The notes below the pieces were generated by a model. The model worked only from the letters and a program-made list of their open reading frames with translations, ran no database searches and was not told the DNA's origin. Source: Lytechinus pictus (taxonomy: Eukaryota). From it: a DNA stretch of 64,000 nucleotides. Position 1 is the stretch's first letter. Each line of letters begins with the position of its first letter. Below are positions 48,949 through 63,713 of this stretch, piece by piece. The DNA lies in assembly GCF_037042905.1 (NCBI RefSeq), contig NC_087250.1, positions 8,248,001 through 8,312,000 of the forward strand. Reading direction: 5' to 3'. A program made the translations under genes and the position numbers.

Positions 48949-51900
48949 CTAAATGTGAAAAAAGAAAATAAAACAGAACCAAGTTACTAAACATTCCAAA
49001 CATGAAAATACCTGCTTGTTATGCTTAAGTTCTGTTTACGCGCAAACCATCCGAAAGGTACACTGATTCTTTGCTTCAACACAGTTTCCCCGTGTGCTCG
49101 TACGCAGCCCATCATATAAGCAACAACATACTTCCTCATGTTGAGTCCATGACACTGAGACATGATTTACTTCAATAACCAGATGACACCTGCATGTCAT
49201 GCTACACCAACACATACTTAGCCGTGGGGGGGGGGGGGTGTCTAAGCAAGTAAAAGCGCAAAAACTAGGAAGACTACGACATGAAGGCCGCTGCCTTCAT
49301 AGCTGAGAAGGCAAGATCCGCTTCATCTGACAGAAAGTTTTGAAATAAAAACACGTGAAGAATTTGCAGAATGCCAACAGAGGTGCAAGGAAAAATCGTC
49401 AAGTGGAATTCCACGGAAGGGGTTCACAATGACTCGATACTCCTAGTATATTGGGCCTTCGCCTGCCAATCTAATTGCTTCCTCATAACAGCGTGAGAGG
49501 TGCCGCGAGAAGCTGTTGAGACGAATGAAGACAGGGTCGATCAATTACGAACAACTCTGTCTAGACGAGGTACCAAAACGGACCAGACCAGACACCAATA
49601 TTTATCCTCAAGAGAAGGAAAAATCTGTAGGGGAGTCAAAAATGAATCCACAAAACTAGGCGCGACTGGTTGGTTCGCGTCTAAACGAAGGTGTGGGAAT
49701 CATGCGGATTCCATGCCTCTCCCTCCTAATGACACCAGGTGTAATCCACAAACATGCAATGAGCTATGTCTCCGAACGGAGGCGCTTGAAAAAAAAGGCT
49801 GTCTTGACAGATAAAATAAGAAGATGCCTAAGCCAACGGCTCCAAAGAAATTTAGTCAAAGTTTCAAGAACGGCTTCTAGGCTCCATGACGATGCAAAAC
49901 TAACTAAGACGGACGTAAGAGAAAAAGATCCAGACAAAAAATTCGGATCAGAGACATAGAGGGCTGCAATGGCTGAGCAATAGCCATTGATGGTCTAAAA
50001 CGAACCATCTTTGTCGAAAAAAACCTTGACAAGGAACCCTGCGATAGGAGACGCTAGACTAGGTCGAGAAATGTATAAGCCTATACTCGAGTCTCTCGGG
50101 CTAACGGCTAAAACTAAGCCACCTGTTCGGAGAACTCTAAGGCCCCGCATCCTCCCCGAGAGCAGCCAAGTACTGCTGGCTCCAGATGCACAATTTCCGA
50201 GAGGGGTTGAGACACCAGGTCCGCCCTCATTGGAAAGGGTGAAGGCTTCCCCCTGAAGTAGGGAGAGGAGTCGGGGAAACCACAGTTTCCTGAGCCATAT
50301 GGGGACTATCAAAAGTACCCATGTCCATCCTCCCTAGCATTGCCTTATACAAGCGATAATGATGCAAACAGAGGAAAGTGAAACATCTCAGATGCCTCCC
50401 GTGAGGAAAAATATATCAATGAAGGCAGTCTCTGTTCTTTCACCCAACAACAGAACACCAGCAACCTGGTCTAATTCCAGCAGCACAAAAGGCCTTGGAT
50501 CGATCGAGAAATCTCTAAGTGGAGAGAACTCTCGGAGGGCAGGCAAGCATGACTAAGGAGCTCGACTAGTGCTGTCCTGTCGGTTTCTGTAAGCCGCAAC
50601 AAACTTGTCTGCCGAGAGGATTAACACAGACCAGCCTGAGCCAATCAATATTTTCTGGACAGTGTCAAGGAAAGCTGAGGACAGCTTGTGTCTCCAGCAC
50701 AATCATATGTGTGTGCGGCTGATATCAGATCCCCGATACCATCTCTCCCACATAGTGACCGCCCCAGTCCGTCGACACCAAAGTGGGCGGGGGAGAAGTG
50801 TGAAGTAACTTGCCAAACGGCGTGCAGGTCTATGTGGCTAGGCTGTGATGGATGACCGTCAGTAGGATGATCCAAAACAACGGGTCTATGCCAGGCTTGT
50901 AATGGCAAAGAAGATGCCTCTGGAATGGCCTAAAGGGTAGGCGACAGTCTGACATGTTCGCTAAACCAGCCATTGTGATTGAGCATACCCAGTCAGAAAT
51001 GGGTTGAGTGAACTGGCTGAGAATGATCAACTCCATGCCCCAGCAAGCGAGACATGGGAGATGGATACAAAACCTAACTGCAGTAGTATGGCGACCTCAA
51101 TCGCAATGTACTGTTGGAGGAGGATGGGGAATGCCAGTGAGGTGGCTCAAACCTTGCCGTAACATTGGAACAAGGCTTCTATAGAAAAAAGAAGCTGTTC
51201 CATATGGCGGATAGGGCAAATGCGTCACGCATTACTCATTCCCATGCGTAAACGAAGTGATGGCTGACCACCCACCTCTGTTCTTGCCACCATGGGTAAC
51301 TTCAGCTTGTGGTCTGGCTTATGACTGGCAGACTGACGGGGCGGGAGTCCCGTAGTGAGTAAGAGCAGTCACAGTCGCGGGAATTGGGGAACACCCTCGG
51401 TACAGGCGCTGATGGGCAGGAGACTTGAAGTCCTATAAATGAGCCTGGCACCTGGTCATGGCCATCGATCCCTTCTTTGAACAAGGCAAACGCCAAACGT
51501 TGTCTCGCCTGCATATTGCAGTCATGAAGAGACTGCATGTCAAATCTGAAGGGTAACATTTCAGAAACTTTGACAGAAGTTTTTCTATTGTACCATTGGC
51601 AAATTTGTGTGAATATTATAAATGGTGCCAAGAACTATAGCTCATTAAATATATAACAACAGTTTTTAAAGAATAAACAAGTAAAATACAAAATCTGGTT
51701 CAGGTATAGAGAGTACCGAGTTCTGAAGTAAAATGTTAGTGTTAAAAAGTATAAAATTATAAAGTTCATGTCACTAGAGGAACAAAGTAGTGTGAAAGTT
51801 CATTGACCTTTGACCTTAATCAAATTCAACTCACATTCGAACCTGACCTGCACCTTCAAGAGATGGACCTCTGTTACGAGTTTGGCGATCCCACCTCGAA

Positions 51901-52710
51901 GCTATAGAAAGTTATTGTGTGTACAATATAACACAGTGCCAGTCATGGAAAGTTCATTGACCTTTGACCTTAATCAAATTCAACTCACATTTGAACTTGA
52001 CCTGCACCTTCAAGAGATGGACCTCTTGTATGAATTTGGCAATCCTACCTCGAAGATATAAAATAGTTATTATGTGTACAACACAGCACAGTGCCAGTCA
52101 TGGAAAGTTCATTGACCTTTGACCTTAATCAAATTCAACTCACATTTGAACTTGACCTGCACCTTCAAGAGATGGACCTCTTGTATGAATTTGGCAATCC
52201 TACCTCGAAGATATAGAAAGTTATTGTGTGTACAGCACAGCACAGTGCCAGTCATGGAAAGTGCATTGACCTTTGACCTTATTCAAATTCGGCTCACATT
52301 TGAACTTGACCTGCACCTTCAAAGAACCGCTTAATCTGCTTGGAGCTTGGGGACACCGGCGACAGAAGCTGATATGGAACTGGGGGAACAAACCCGCACT
52401 GCTCGATGGTGTTCTGGGGCAACATATAAAGTTACGACACCTGGCCATTGGCACAAGAATCAGAAAAAAAAGGTTTGCCCGAGGTAACAAGGCATAGGCT
52501 CTGTCTGGGAGCAGAAGGGACAGGAGACTGCTATGACTGATGAGATGCAAAGCAACACCTGGGAACAAGAGAAACAAAATATCAAATTCTTGTAAGGACC
52601 CGCATACGAAAGACAACATCACAAATCATAATAAAACCCATAAGGGTAAGATTGTGAGTTGCTAAATGTGTAAAGAGCGCTATAAACGTGAAAAGAATTG
52701 CTAGATTTAA

Positions 52711-53488
52711 CCCTAACTAGGCCGGGCTTTTTTGGCTGTTCTGTGGCCGGGGGGGGGGGGGGGGGGGGGGGGGTTGATTCAACCCCCCCCCTAAGATCTT
52801 GGCCGCCGATCGCGCTAGCGCCGCAAAAATTTGCACGCTGGTAGTGTGCGATGTAATCTACAAGGCTGTATGGTAAAATTTTCCAAAATAATGAGATTTT
52901 ATTTTATATGAATTAATTATGCTAATTTATGCATAAATCATACTTTTTGCTCTAATTCACTAAATAAAGCTCCTAGAATGCTAATTTTTGGTAAAAATAT
53001 TCTTTGTAGCATTCTTAACAATGGCAATTGAAAAAAACCTTCGGTTTGGAAATCAATTTCTTATGTATTTTATGGTTTTATGAATTTCTTATGTATTTCT
53101 TTGTTTTTCAACCTTTTGTTTTTCTTTGTTTTTTTCACCAAATTTATTGCACAACCTTTTTGAAGCATAATTATGCTAAAATCAATTGCTTTCAGCTGTT
53201 TAAAGTAAAAATAATCATATCTTTATGAATAAGATGAGAAAACTCGATTTGCATTGACTTTGTACACAAAATCACGTTTTGGAACAATTTTTGGTCTGAC
53301 ATGCACTTACAAAATGTTGCGTAATTTCGGAACCACGTACCCGGGCGTCGTAAATTTGGTCTCAAAAGATGCGCGAGACTTAAAAGTATAAACTCTGCGA
53401 GTGGCGCGGTAAAAAAATTTCACGCGGCGGAATGATCGCAGAAAATGTTGAGGGGGGGTTGATTCAACCCCCCCCGGCCATTTTAGGG
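52711..53488. mobile_element. piggyBac-like non-autonomous element, copy B only
   Basis: TTAA|CCCTAA...TTAGGG|TTAA. Empty site CTAGATTTAAAAGC at 15711 in copy A. Confidence 0.85.
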
Positions 53489-54054
53489 TTAAGAGCATTT
53501 ACATGTAGCTGGACATCCATTTATGATGGAGGGCGAAACAGAAAGAGGAAATAGGCGTTCCTTATATGATGAGCTGTGTACAAGGGCAGGGTAGACTGCG
53601 TGCTGGCGCAAAGAATTGGTGTACCTTTCGGATGGTCTGCGCTGTTTACAGCAGAACTTAAGAATAACAGGCGAATTCAAATCCAACGATTCAAATTATT
53701 GATTATTCATTAAAACATAATCAAATTTTACGTTCGCATATACAATATATTGATATCATTACAAGAAAAGGAGGGCAACAAAAAAGTTTACACTTGAAAA
53801 AAAGCCTCAAAAAGCCTCAAGAAAAATAGAAATACCATAGAAATGTGGGATTATTATTTAAGCATTAGCAAGAACTTAGCTGATTAAAAAATGTATTATC
53901 TTGTAATGGTTTGCAGCTCAGTATGTACTTGGCCTCGTCTTACAAAGAGTTGCGATTGATCGCATCAATTGCAACTCTTTGTAAGACGGGGCCCTGATCT
54001 GTCCCAATGAACTCAGAGGCGTGCAAATAAATTGTCCTGCATGCTCGTACTTAC

Positions 54055-54128
54055 TGTATTGAAATTCTCTTTGTGTAACTCATTCTTCTCTGTATGACAT
54101 GGAGTGGGATTATGAACATCAGAAGATC
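54055..54128 (-). CDS. Gene B 74-nt exon
   Basis: Paralogue of 16786-16859; AG/GTAAGT sites intact and frame open. Confidence 0.78.
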
Positions 54129-54973
54129 CTAGAGAAAAAGAGATGGATTACTAACTTCACAAAGTCATATATATATTGTTATAGAATGGGCACCATGCAT
54201 AAGTAATTATTATAGAATGGGCACCAGGCACGAGTAATTACTGACGCATGGCCAGCCATGCATCTTGCAATTACTTATGCATGCTTACCGAATACATGGT
54301 AAGCCAGGTGTCGGTAATTACTAATGCATGGTTGTACAAATTGTTGTTTTCCCCAGAAAATTCTACCATCATATAAAACAAATGATACACAGGTTTGTTT
54401 GTGCATTGGTTGGAATACTAAGCATGCAGTAACTATGGAAACTAGTCTAAACCCACTCAGCTGAGCCTCATGGGTTTAACACTTCCATACTTACCTTATG
54501 CCCGCAAAACCGACCAATGCACTCGCATCTAAATATCAATTAATTACATACTCCACTTCAATTTTTTTTGTAACATAAATTATCTTCTGGAATCATCATG
54601 TTCATACAATGAATCAAGTTCAATTACAATCAATCAGCAAAAATTGTATTCTGACTCTGGACAATTGAGATCCTTCATACAACACTTGGCTCACAAAATA
54701 GGCCTTTATACCTTTAGACAATTGAAAATAACTTTAAAATTTAGCAGGGAATAATTTTGATTTACAAATTTGAACATTTTTTGTCATAAGAGAAAAGCTC
54801 TCAACTAAGAAATGTACAGTCATATGGAAAAATATGCTGTACAAAAGACTTTATACATCGCACTCTTTAAAAAATGTGGAGCAAATTATGATGCCAGGAA
54901 AACTTCCGTTTAGTGAGTAACTTTCACCAAGGTGACATTATTTTATTTTCAAAGTACACAAAAAACAATTTAC

Positions 54974-55000
54974 CTTTGCATAAACTGCCAAAAACAATGT
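54974..55000 (-). CDS. Candidate 27-nt microexon of gene B, (D)IVFGSLCK
   Basis: Paralogue of 18282-18308 with both splice sites retained. Confidence 0.45.
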
Positions 55001-55578
55001 CTGTCAATAGAGCAAATCACAATTTAACAGTGTGACCTTCTGTTGATTTTATATTGCTAGGTTACATACATGTAGAAACATGGTAATTTCCGCATACATT
55101 CGTAATTCCGAAGCTTCGTTATTCCGAAGGTTTGGATATTCCGAAGGTTCGTTATTCCGAAGGTTCGTATTTCCGAAGGTTCGTAATTCCGAAAGTTCGT
55201 TAGTCCGATAATGAAGTGAGGTTCGTAATTCCGAAGGTTCGTTAATCCGAAAACGAAATGAGGTTTGTAATTCCGAAGGTTCGTTAGTCCGAAAACTAAA
55301 TGATTAACGAACCTTATTTCGTTTTCGGACTTACAAACCTTCGAAACAACAAACCTTATTTCGTTTTCGGATTAACGAACCTTCGGAACATCGAACCTAA
55401 TTTCGTTTTCGGGTTATCGAACCTTTGGAATAACGAACCTTCGTAATAATGCCACAAATGTTCGGATTAAGTAACCCTTTTACGTTTTTGGATTAACGAA
55501 CATCGAGGTATAGACAATTTACGTGTTTCGGAATTACGAACCTTCGGAATTACAAAGTGTAACCGTAATTTCACAAAC

Positions 55579-55674
55579 CTCTCAACTCTGTCCCCTTATC
55601 CTCACTTTCTTCTGAGATCTCTTTCTGTAATCCCTGTTGACGCTGCATGAACATTGGTGGGTTGACCTGTACCC
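55579..55674 (-). CDS. Gene B exon 2 (aKRAB continuation with PPMFM)
   Basis: 96 nt, phase 1-1, AG and GTTTGT sites retained. Confidence 0.82.
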
Positions 55675-56709
55675 CTGAGTATATAAAACAAAAATTGTGT
55701 TTTCAACATTGGTATGAAACACCAATATTGAGAAAAAACAAATTGAATATTATTCAAACTAATTTCCAATGAAAAGATAAATAATCTGATTTTTTATAAT
55801 GCGCTTCAGATATACATTGAACGTATCTATAAAGCGCTTGCAGATTTATTCATTGCTACCCCTGTCGATAGAATCAATCATTCATTCCTGCACATAATAT
55901 ATGCACATTCTCCACTCCCTGGGAGTATTCCAACAACAGTTCCTAGACTCAATTTTTAGGCATACTAAATAGACTTTCACATATGCCTACCCACATCACA
56001 CCTGGGCCCAATATGGTAACTTTGCAATCCAATGGTAACAATGATCAACTGCCAATCAAAATCAAGGATTCCATGAAAGACACCATTGCATGGCAAAGTT
56101 TCCATAATGGTAACTTTTTATGCGACGGGGGCCCTGGATGGAGAGTGGCACAGTACGGATGGACACCTTGCGAAAGGACGTTAGGCTGAAGTGGGATTCA
56201 CACATGTGAAAAGTGGCCTAGCTTCAAAGAATTTAAGGTTTGAACTACCAATGCAGCATAATAGAACACCTCAAGATTCCTAAAACAAAAGAAATAAGAC
56301 TCTAGTTCGCTGACATCATAGCTCTCACTTTACATGTAGGTTGTTGTGAGCATGGAAAAGACATAATAGAACCAAACTTCAGTGACTCAATTGATAAAAT
56401 TCTATTGGGCAATTTCAATATGTATGTCCGACCCCATGTTTGTGGGACCTTCATGAAATTTTCTGTCTCTGATTTTGTGTTCTTCTGACAGTCTGTAATG
56501 CTCTCAAATGATTATAAATTGGTCAGTTTATAAAGTGATGTAAAACTTGAGAAAAATGAGGGTCGGATGTGCAAAAAGGTTGATTATAGATTTGCCCTAT
56601 TGACAACTTATTGTACAGTATGTTTCTCTCATGACCCCCAAATTTTCAACATTTTTCCCCCAGAAATAATGAATGGACAAAAGCTCCATTGACAAATTAC
56701 TGCACTTAC

Positions 56710-56845
56710 CAACTTGTATCATCATCTCATAGTTTTCCTTGACATTCTGGATACAAATCTTCTCGTAATCGCTGATATCTGCCCATTCATTGTCTGTGAA
56801 GTAAACCTGGACATCTGAATATTCATCTAACTTTGGCTGAGCCAT
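56710..56845 (-). CDS. Gene B first coding exon: ancestral KRAB-A box MAQPKLDEYSDVQVYFTDNEWADISDYEKICIQNVKENYEMMIQV(G)
   Basis: GCCACCATGG start, G|GTAAGT donor, 4 amino-acid differences from gene A. Confidence 0.88.
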
Positions 56846-57410
56846 GGTGGCATCACTTTACTTGGAAGCCGAAGTGAAGATACCAAGATTTTCCTAGAAT
56901 GAAGAAGGATAAGACGAGTACCAAGTCTCATGCTTTATTTAGGATTCTTGCTCATCCCCCCCCCCAATCACCTTCTCATGGCTGTATTAACAGTCTATCC
57001 CCATATACACAATTTCAGAGACAGTCTCCAGTTTGGTAGACCCATTTCCTTTGTTTACATTTGCTGCAAAAGGATTACCTTGGCGGCAAATAAAAATGTG
57101 ATAAGCAGATTCCTCATGAAAAATTACCTCTTTTCACCATATACTTCATCTACTTTCATTTTGATAAGGATATTTGTTGTTGTTGTCACCCACACAAAAC
57201 AAATGGGCTTCTGACCTCAGTGAGACAAAATTTGGGGTCATGGGTGGAAAAAAAAACTTTTGTTGGTGTTGTTCGTTTTGTTTCTTATGTGATGCAAGTT
57301 TCCAATATGGGAGAATATCTCTCATATTGGAGAGGGTCTCTGATATTGGCCATGTGCCTCTACTAGTAAATGGGGATTTTATAGTCTAGAAAAATGTCAG
57401 AACTTTTTAG

Positions 57411-57903
57411 AGGGGAAGTTCACCCTGAAGAAAATTTTGTTGTAAAAATCGCAGAAAAAATAATAAAAAATATTGGTGAAGGTTTGAGGAAAATCTGTTA
57501 AAGAGTAAGAAAGTTATTAGAGTTCAAAGTTTTGGATTTGTGACGTCATAAACGAGCAGCTGCCCCATGTGTTATGTAATATAAAATGCATGAATTTCAA
57601 ATTTTGTATGGTTCCTGATGACTTAATTTTGTTTTCTATTCATGATTGGGTGTGAAATAATTTGTCTATTGATATACAAAAGGTACAGAGAAAACAATTT
57701 TCAATTTTCTGAGAAAATGACATTTCATTGACTTTTTACCATTCGCTATGTAGGAATGCTGCTCGCATATGACGTCACAAATCAAATAATTGAAATTTAA
57801 GTTTTTAATTATTTGATGAATTTTTCTCAAACCTTCGACAATATTTTTTATTATCTTTTCTGCTATTTTTACAATAAACTTTTTGTCAGGGTGAACTTCC
57901 CCT
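57411..57903. mobile_element. Kolobok-like MITE, copy B only
   Basis: TIR AGGGGAAGTTCACCCTGA...TCAGGGTGAACTTCCCCT, TTAG/TTAA flanks. Empty TTAA site at ~20727. Confidence 0.75.
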
Positions 57904-60252
57904 TTAAATAAATCCAAAGAAACGACGGTTATTCCTGTCTAGTCTCTGCCATGTGATTCAACATGCATTTTATTTTATGTAGCTCTATATTCTATACAAT
58001 TTTGCAGCGGTGCGCCACTCGACGGTCCAACTCAAAGTCTAACAAAAAGGTGTCACAATGCCAGAGATCAGCGACTCAGCTCAGCCTTGCAAAGTTGCAA
58101 GTTGCAGAGAGTCGAGAGACGCCGCAATGCCAAACAAAGGCAAAGGAAAAATGCACCCATGGGTGCATTACTGCCGCGGTGTACAGGAAAATTGAAGGCA
58201 CGGCGCATGCAAAATTGCAACAAACTCCCATGAATTTCAGAAGAGTATTTATAAAATCAAGCCCTCCTACGAAACTTACCAAACGATGTTAAGTCAATTC
58301 CCCCTAATATGATGAATATGATAATAATATGCAACATTTATATAGTGCTTATTACAAATGTTTCTAAGCGCTGCATAATATTACCCCGGCTTTAGCACGG
58401 CTACCCTGATTGGGCGCTTCAAGCATTCAAGGAATTTCTTCCTACCGGGTACCCATTTACCAGACCTGGGTCGAGAGTGGCAAATGTAGATAAACGCCTT
58501 GCCACAGGACGCTAGTGCTGTGGTGAGATTTGAACCCCGGACCTTGTGGTTCACAGTCCGGAGACTTACCCACTGAGCCACAACACCTCTGGATCCCTTA
58601 AATAGCGTCATTTAAGCGATGATTTTCTTCTCATTGACAAAACACCGAGCTTGCTTGTATTTCCCAAATTTTTCGTATAAATAGCTAGAGGGCGCACAAT
58701 TTATCTTCATATCAAAGACACTACAAGGGAAAGACTAGGCACAAAAACTATTTGCCATGTAAATCGAGTCAAAGCATTACACAAAGTCGGCAAAGTTTCC
58801 AATCTTTTTACTATAAAGACTTTGGTGGAACATTTATTGCAGGGTGACCAGACGTCCCGTATTTTGCTCCTTTGTCCCAGCGTCCCGACAAACCCTTCCC
58901 CGGACGCCTATTTGTCCGTATTTCAGAATCTTGAAAAAATATACATAATTATAAAAATGACAAATTTTCATCAAATAACCAACAGATGACGAAGCAGAGA
59001 CAATAAAATTTACTGTAAACTTTTGCGAGTTCTGCATGCGATGATTTTCTTGCTTACCTAATACAGTACATTGCAAATGAATTGCCTCCTGCCTGTGTGT
59101 GGCAGGCTACTAGCTAGGCATGTAGGATCGGAGCAGATTGGCTTTCGTTTTGAATCTTGTTCCTGGTCTTGTTGTGAAGATGTTTCACTTCAATATTTTA
59201 TTCATTTCTAAAACATTTTAGTTGAAAATTTTAAAAATATATTAAAAAACACCAAATATCATTATGACATTTGTTAGATTGGATTTTTTTGTTTGCTTGA
59301 AGTTTGCACTTTTTTCTTCTTTCTTTCTTTTCTATCCTTCCTGCTTGCCCCTTTTTGTTCCATCTATCTTTCTTTCCTGGTGATCCTTTCTCTCTGTGTT
59401 CATTTTTCTTTCTTTCCTAATCTTTTCTTTGCTTCCTTTTCACTTCCACTCCTTTTTATTCTTCCTCTCCTCCCATTAATTTCTTTCTTTCATTCCCTCC
59501 TCCCTCCATTCTTTGTTCCCTCTCGTTCATCCCTTCTTTCTTTTTTTTATTTTCCTTTTCATTTTTCCATTATCCCTTTCTTTCCCTCCCTTCCTGTTTT
59601 TCTTCTTTCTTTCAAAGAATGAGGTTAAAATAAGGTGCGAGGTTAGTATAACCTCGCAATAGTATGATTCTGTGAGTGCATCAAGCCATGGCCCACTCAC
59701 ACATGTTGCGAGGTTATAATTTACTAACCTCGCACCATGAACCCTGAATTTGAGTGGCCATGGCCATGCCCGATTCTCGCCACCGGGCCGTTTGAACTTG
59801 ACCATCTAGCCCAGGAGCTCACCTTGTATTTACCCATACTCACGGGACAAGGGTAGATTATGGTCAAAATATCTAGCAAGATAAATTGTGAAAACAGAAA
59901 TTATGCACTTGTCTTATACCACGATTATATGGTCTACATGGTCTATGGATGAAGGTCTATCGAGTGGTAGAATCCTGACATCGAGGCACAGACTGGAACC
60001 TAAAAAAACCCAGAAAAGTTCTCTCCTACCCCAGTCTCGATCGGCCATTTTGTTATGATACTCAGTAATAGTACTACTCAATAGACTCATCCATATCTGG
60101 ATGTATACGATGCAAGGCCCTCCTGGGCATAAACGTGGTGAGTGCATAATTTCTGTTTTCACAATTTATCTTGCTAGATATTTTGACCATAATCTACCCT
60201 TGTCCCACTCATCCTACGAACGAGGTATGGGTACATACACGGTGAGCTCCTG

Positions 60253-62962
60253 GGGCCCGTTTCTCAACACCGTCATAAGTCTAACTTCTTGACTAAATCA
60301 GAGATAGTGAGCTACTTGTCCGCTAACCGTTTCACGAAGCCCTCTTTACCAAGATCGGGTACAACAACCTCACTAAATATTTATGACACCTCCGAACCTA
60401 TCATAACTTCTTTCTCAATGACGTAGTGGCATCACGTGCCACGGGGGTAGACTACATGTATGACATGCAAAAGTGTCTAGAAATTTGAAAATTATAATCT
60501 TACGTAATCAATCATAGAGGTTGAAATTACATCCCAAAACAAGTGGGATAATGCATTCAATTATCATTGTAATACAAAGAAACTATTAAAACTGTTGGCT
60601 AAACGCCACAAAACCATTCATTTTGAAATAGTAAAATATAATTCAATCGATAAAGATTCTACCACGTCAGGTCATCCATGACTAGACTTGTATTTGTGGT
60701 TTTCAGACCCCTATTAACATTTGGATAAATTCTATCTCTAATTTAGGCATAGATTTTGTCAAATAGTAAGTTTCGGTATCAAAGATTTAAAAACAAATTG
60801 TTAAACTATATTTCGATGATGTTTGGAATCGTAAAATACCGTATAATTATCATCATTTTACAAAGAATACCGTTATTATTTATGGTTCACTTTTGTAAAC
60901 TATCAAAATTGGATATCCCGGGGCGGGGGTACCCATCTCAACGTCCAAATTGTGATTTTTAGTCATGAAATAAATTATTCATAATTCCATTTTTTCTGCA
61001 ATTGAATGCCCAGTCTTCATGGTCTAAGAATATATTATGATGCATAATTTACCTGTGCTATCATTTTTAAAAGATGTAATTCCCAATTCATCACAATATT
61101 TGCAATTTTGTCAAAATTTTTCTTTTTGAAAGTTTTGCTTTTGCTATTGTGACTAGGCTAAGGCTACTAACAGTAGAGGCCAATATTGGAGACTGTCTCC
61201 AATGTGGGAGATTATCTCCAATATCAGAGACTTTTGTAAAGAATTTGGGTATCCAATTTCATTTTCAGAGACGGTCTCCAATTTCGGAGACCAATTTCCT
61301 TTGTTTACATTTGCTGCAAAAGGATTACCTTGGCGGCAAATAAAAGTGTGTTAAGCAGATTCCTCATGAAAAATTACCCTTTTTCACCGTCTACTTTAAA
61401 AATTCACCGTCTACTTTTGTTTTGATAAGGATTTTTGTTGTCAATCACACACAAAACAAATGAAATGGGCTTCTGACCTCAGTGACAGTGAGACAAAATT
61501 TTGGGTGTTGTTTCTTTTGTCCTTTTGCAAAGCAAGTCTCCAATGTGGGAGATTGTCTCCCCTATTGGTGAGAGTCTCCCATATTGGCCGTGCGCCTCTA
61601 CTGACTAACCTCGTACTAGTAGTAACTAGTAGTAGGATGGGGGGGTCGGGTGTCCGCACTCCTAGTACCAATGAGGTCCAAACATTAGCATGTATGGACC
61701 TCATAGGCGACAATGCGTTAAAAACAGGTTAGAACTTCTAACCGTACTGTTTCCTGCACCCAAGTATGATATTACTCCCAAAATATGAGTTTTGTCCTCG
61801 TTTGTTTATCATTTATTAAAAGATTGCCCATTAAATATATTCCTATTCCTAATTTGAATTTAATAAAATAAAGGGAAACTTACATTTGAGTCATTTTTCG
61901 ATCTTTTTTTGGCAGTCAGTCCGGTCACCGTCGAGTGCGATCAAAGCGGTATGAAGCTGATTTTCAGATCACGTGATACGTGTGGTCATCACCTGATCAA
62001 TCGACTATCCTTTTTTAAAGACCGCAACAATTATAAATTTTATTATAAAATATATATAGAATAAATTATTGCATAATATTATGTATATTTCTACAATTAA
62101 AAAATATTTTGTGATATAAATTTAATATTTGACGTAAAAATCGCTATTGAACAAAATATTTATTAAAAAATAAAAAATCAAACAAAATAAAAAAGCCTTG
62201 GACACAGTGCAAAAAACCTAACAATTTGGCTGCGTTGTTAACAACTATCGTAAGGGGCGCTTTATTTATAAATAAAAAAAAATGTACAGCTGTCTACCGC
62301 GACGTGGTTTGTCGCAAGATTTGGGACAAATCCGTGGGAATTCTGGAGAAAATACATCAAAAGAACTGGTGAGTACCGTTTAAACATTATCAAATTACTA
62401 AATAGATTATACATACCTTGTAGATTTAGTTTTTAAGGTGATATTAGTGCTTAGTTCTAAGCTAGGGAGGCCCAAACGCGCGTGAGCGGAGTCCCACTTT
62501 ATTAACACGGGTAAGTATTGCGGTGTCGCCTAGACTAGAGTGGGGTGTCCGGACACTTTATATTTTTGAAGCCTTCTTTTTTGTCTTTGGATTACACTAA
62601 AAATATGAATTCAATAGTTGTAATCATCTTCCATTTTGTTCTCCATAATATTTCCTTATATTTTGTACGAAAAATTGATGAAACTTCGCTTGTAAATTTT
62701 TCCAAATGACTTTCTAAAATTGATCGTCCGGACACACAACTGGGTATAGTACTAATACTACTACTAGTACTAGGCCTACTGCTGTGAGTGGGCTACTGGC
62801 TACGTTTTGGCTGCTGTTTTTACCGATTAGTATATCGATATCAAGGTATTCTAGCTAGGAAGCCTTTCGTGAAACAGGTTTAGTAAGATTGGAACTAACT
62901 CCGTGGTTGGTGGATAAAGATAAAGATATGACTAACTTGTCCAGGTGTTGAGAAACGGGCCC
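60253..62962. mobile_element. 2.7-kb Harbinger-like non-autonomous element with nested repeats
   Basis: TIR GGGCCCGTTTCTCAACACC...GGTGTTGAGAAACGGGCCC and CTG TSD. Confidence 0.65.
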
Positions 62963-63713
62963 CTGGGGCCTGGGCGCCGGCTCACGAAGCGGGCCGGCGC
63001 TCCCGGGGTTATCGACCATCATGACCATATAATTATAATAATAATATCGCACTGTCTGAAATTAACTCACCAAAAATGATCTCCGATGAATTAATACATT
63101 GGAAAAATTGCAAAGATCTGCGTTTTTTACTAATGAGTTTCTTGTTGAATTGGAAACAAATGGAAATTGGCACGCCGTATCGGAATACACCAGTCGGCAG
63201 ACTGTACTTTATGAGAAGAAGAGTCGACCGCCAGCATGCAAGTTCAGATTTTCCCCTTTTTTTTGGTTTGTATTGTTAAGCGTACAGTATAAGGGAAGTA
63301 TGGAAAGCTATTTGTGCGCGAAAACTTATGGCAAATCACGAGCGGTCACTGATCAGTATCAAAATGTTGCAACAACCAATTTGCAATAACAATTTAAAGC
63401 AACTGAGATCATTAATTTTGATTGGCTGATAGTAAACTTGTTAAAGTATGCATTTATTATCATAACAAGTCTAAATGAAAAAGGGATCATGATCAATGCA
63501 AAGATTCATTTTTTTTAATTTTTTTTTTGATTTTTTTTTTTTTGGGGGGGGGGGGCGGGGGATTGATCACGGCTGCTATCCTTATAGAGTCACTTTTTTT
63601 TTTCTTAATCTTAGTTAGATTTGATTAGAAATTACTACTGATTCTATTTTGTGAGAAAATAAGGCCGAACGACATCATGGAATAAAGGAGCTAGATGGAA
63701 CCAGTTACAGTAA

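Noticed and set aside
59293..59622. Hydrophobic Phe/Leu/Ser ORF resembling a membrane protein
   Set aside because: Translation of a CT-rich low-complexity tract.
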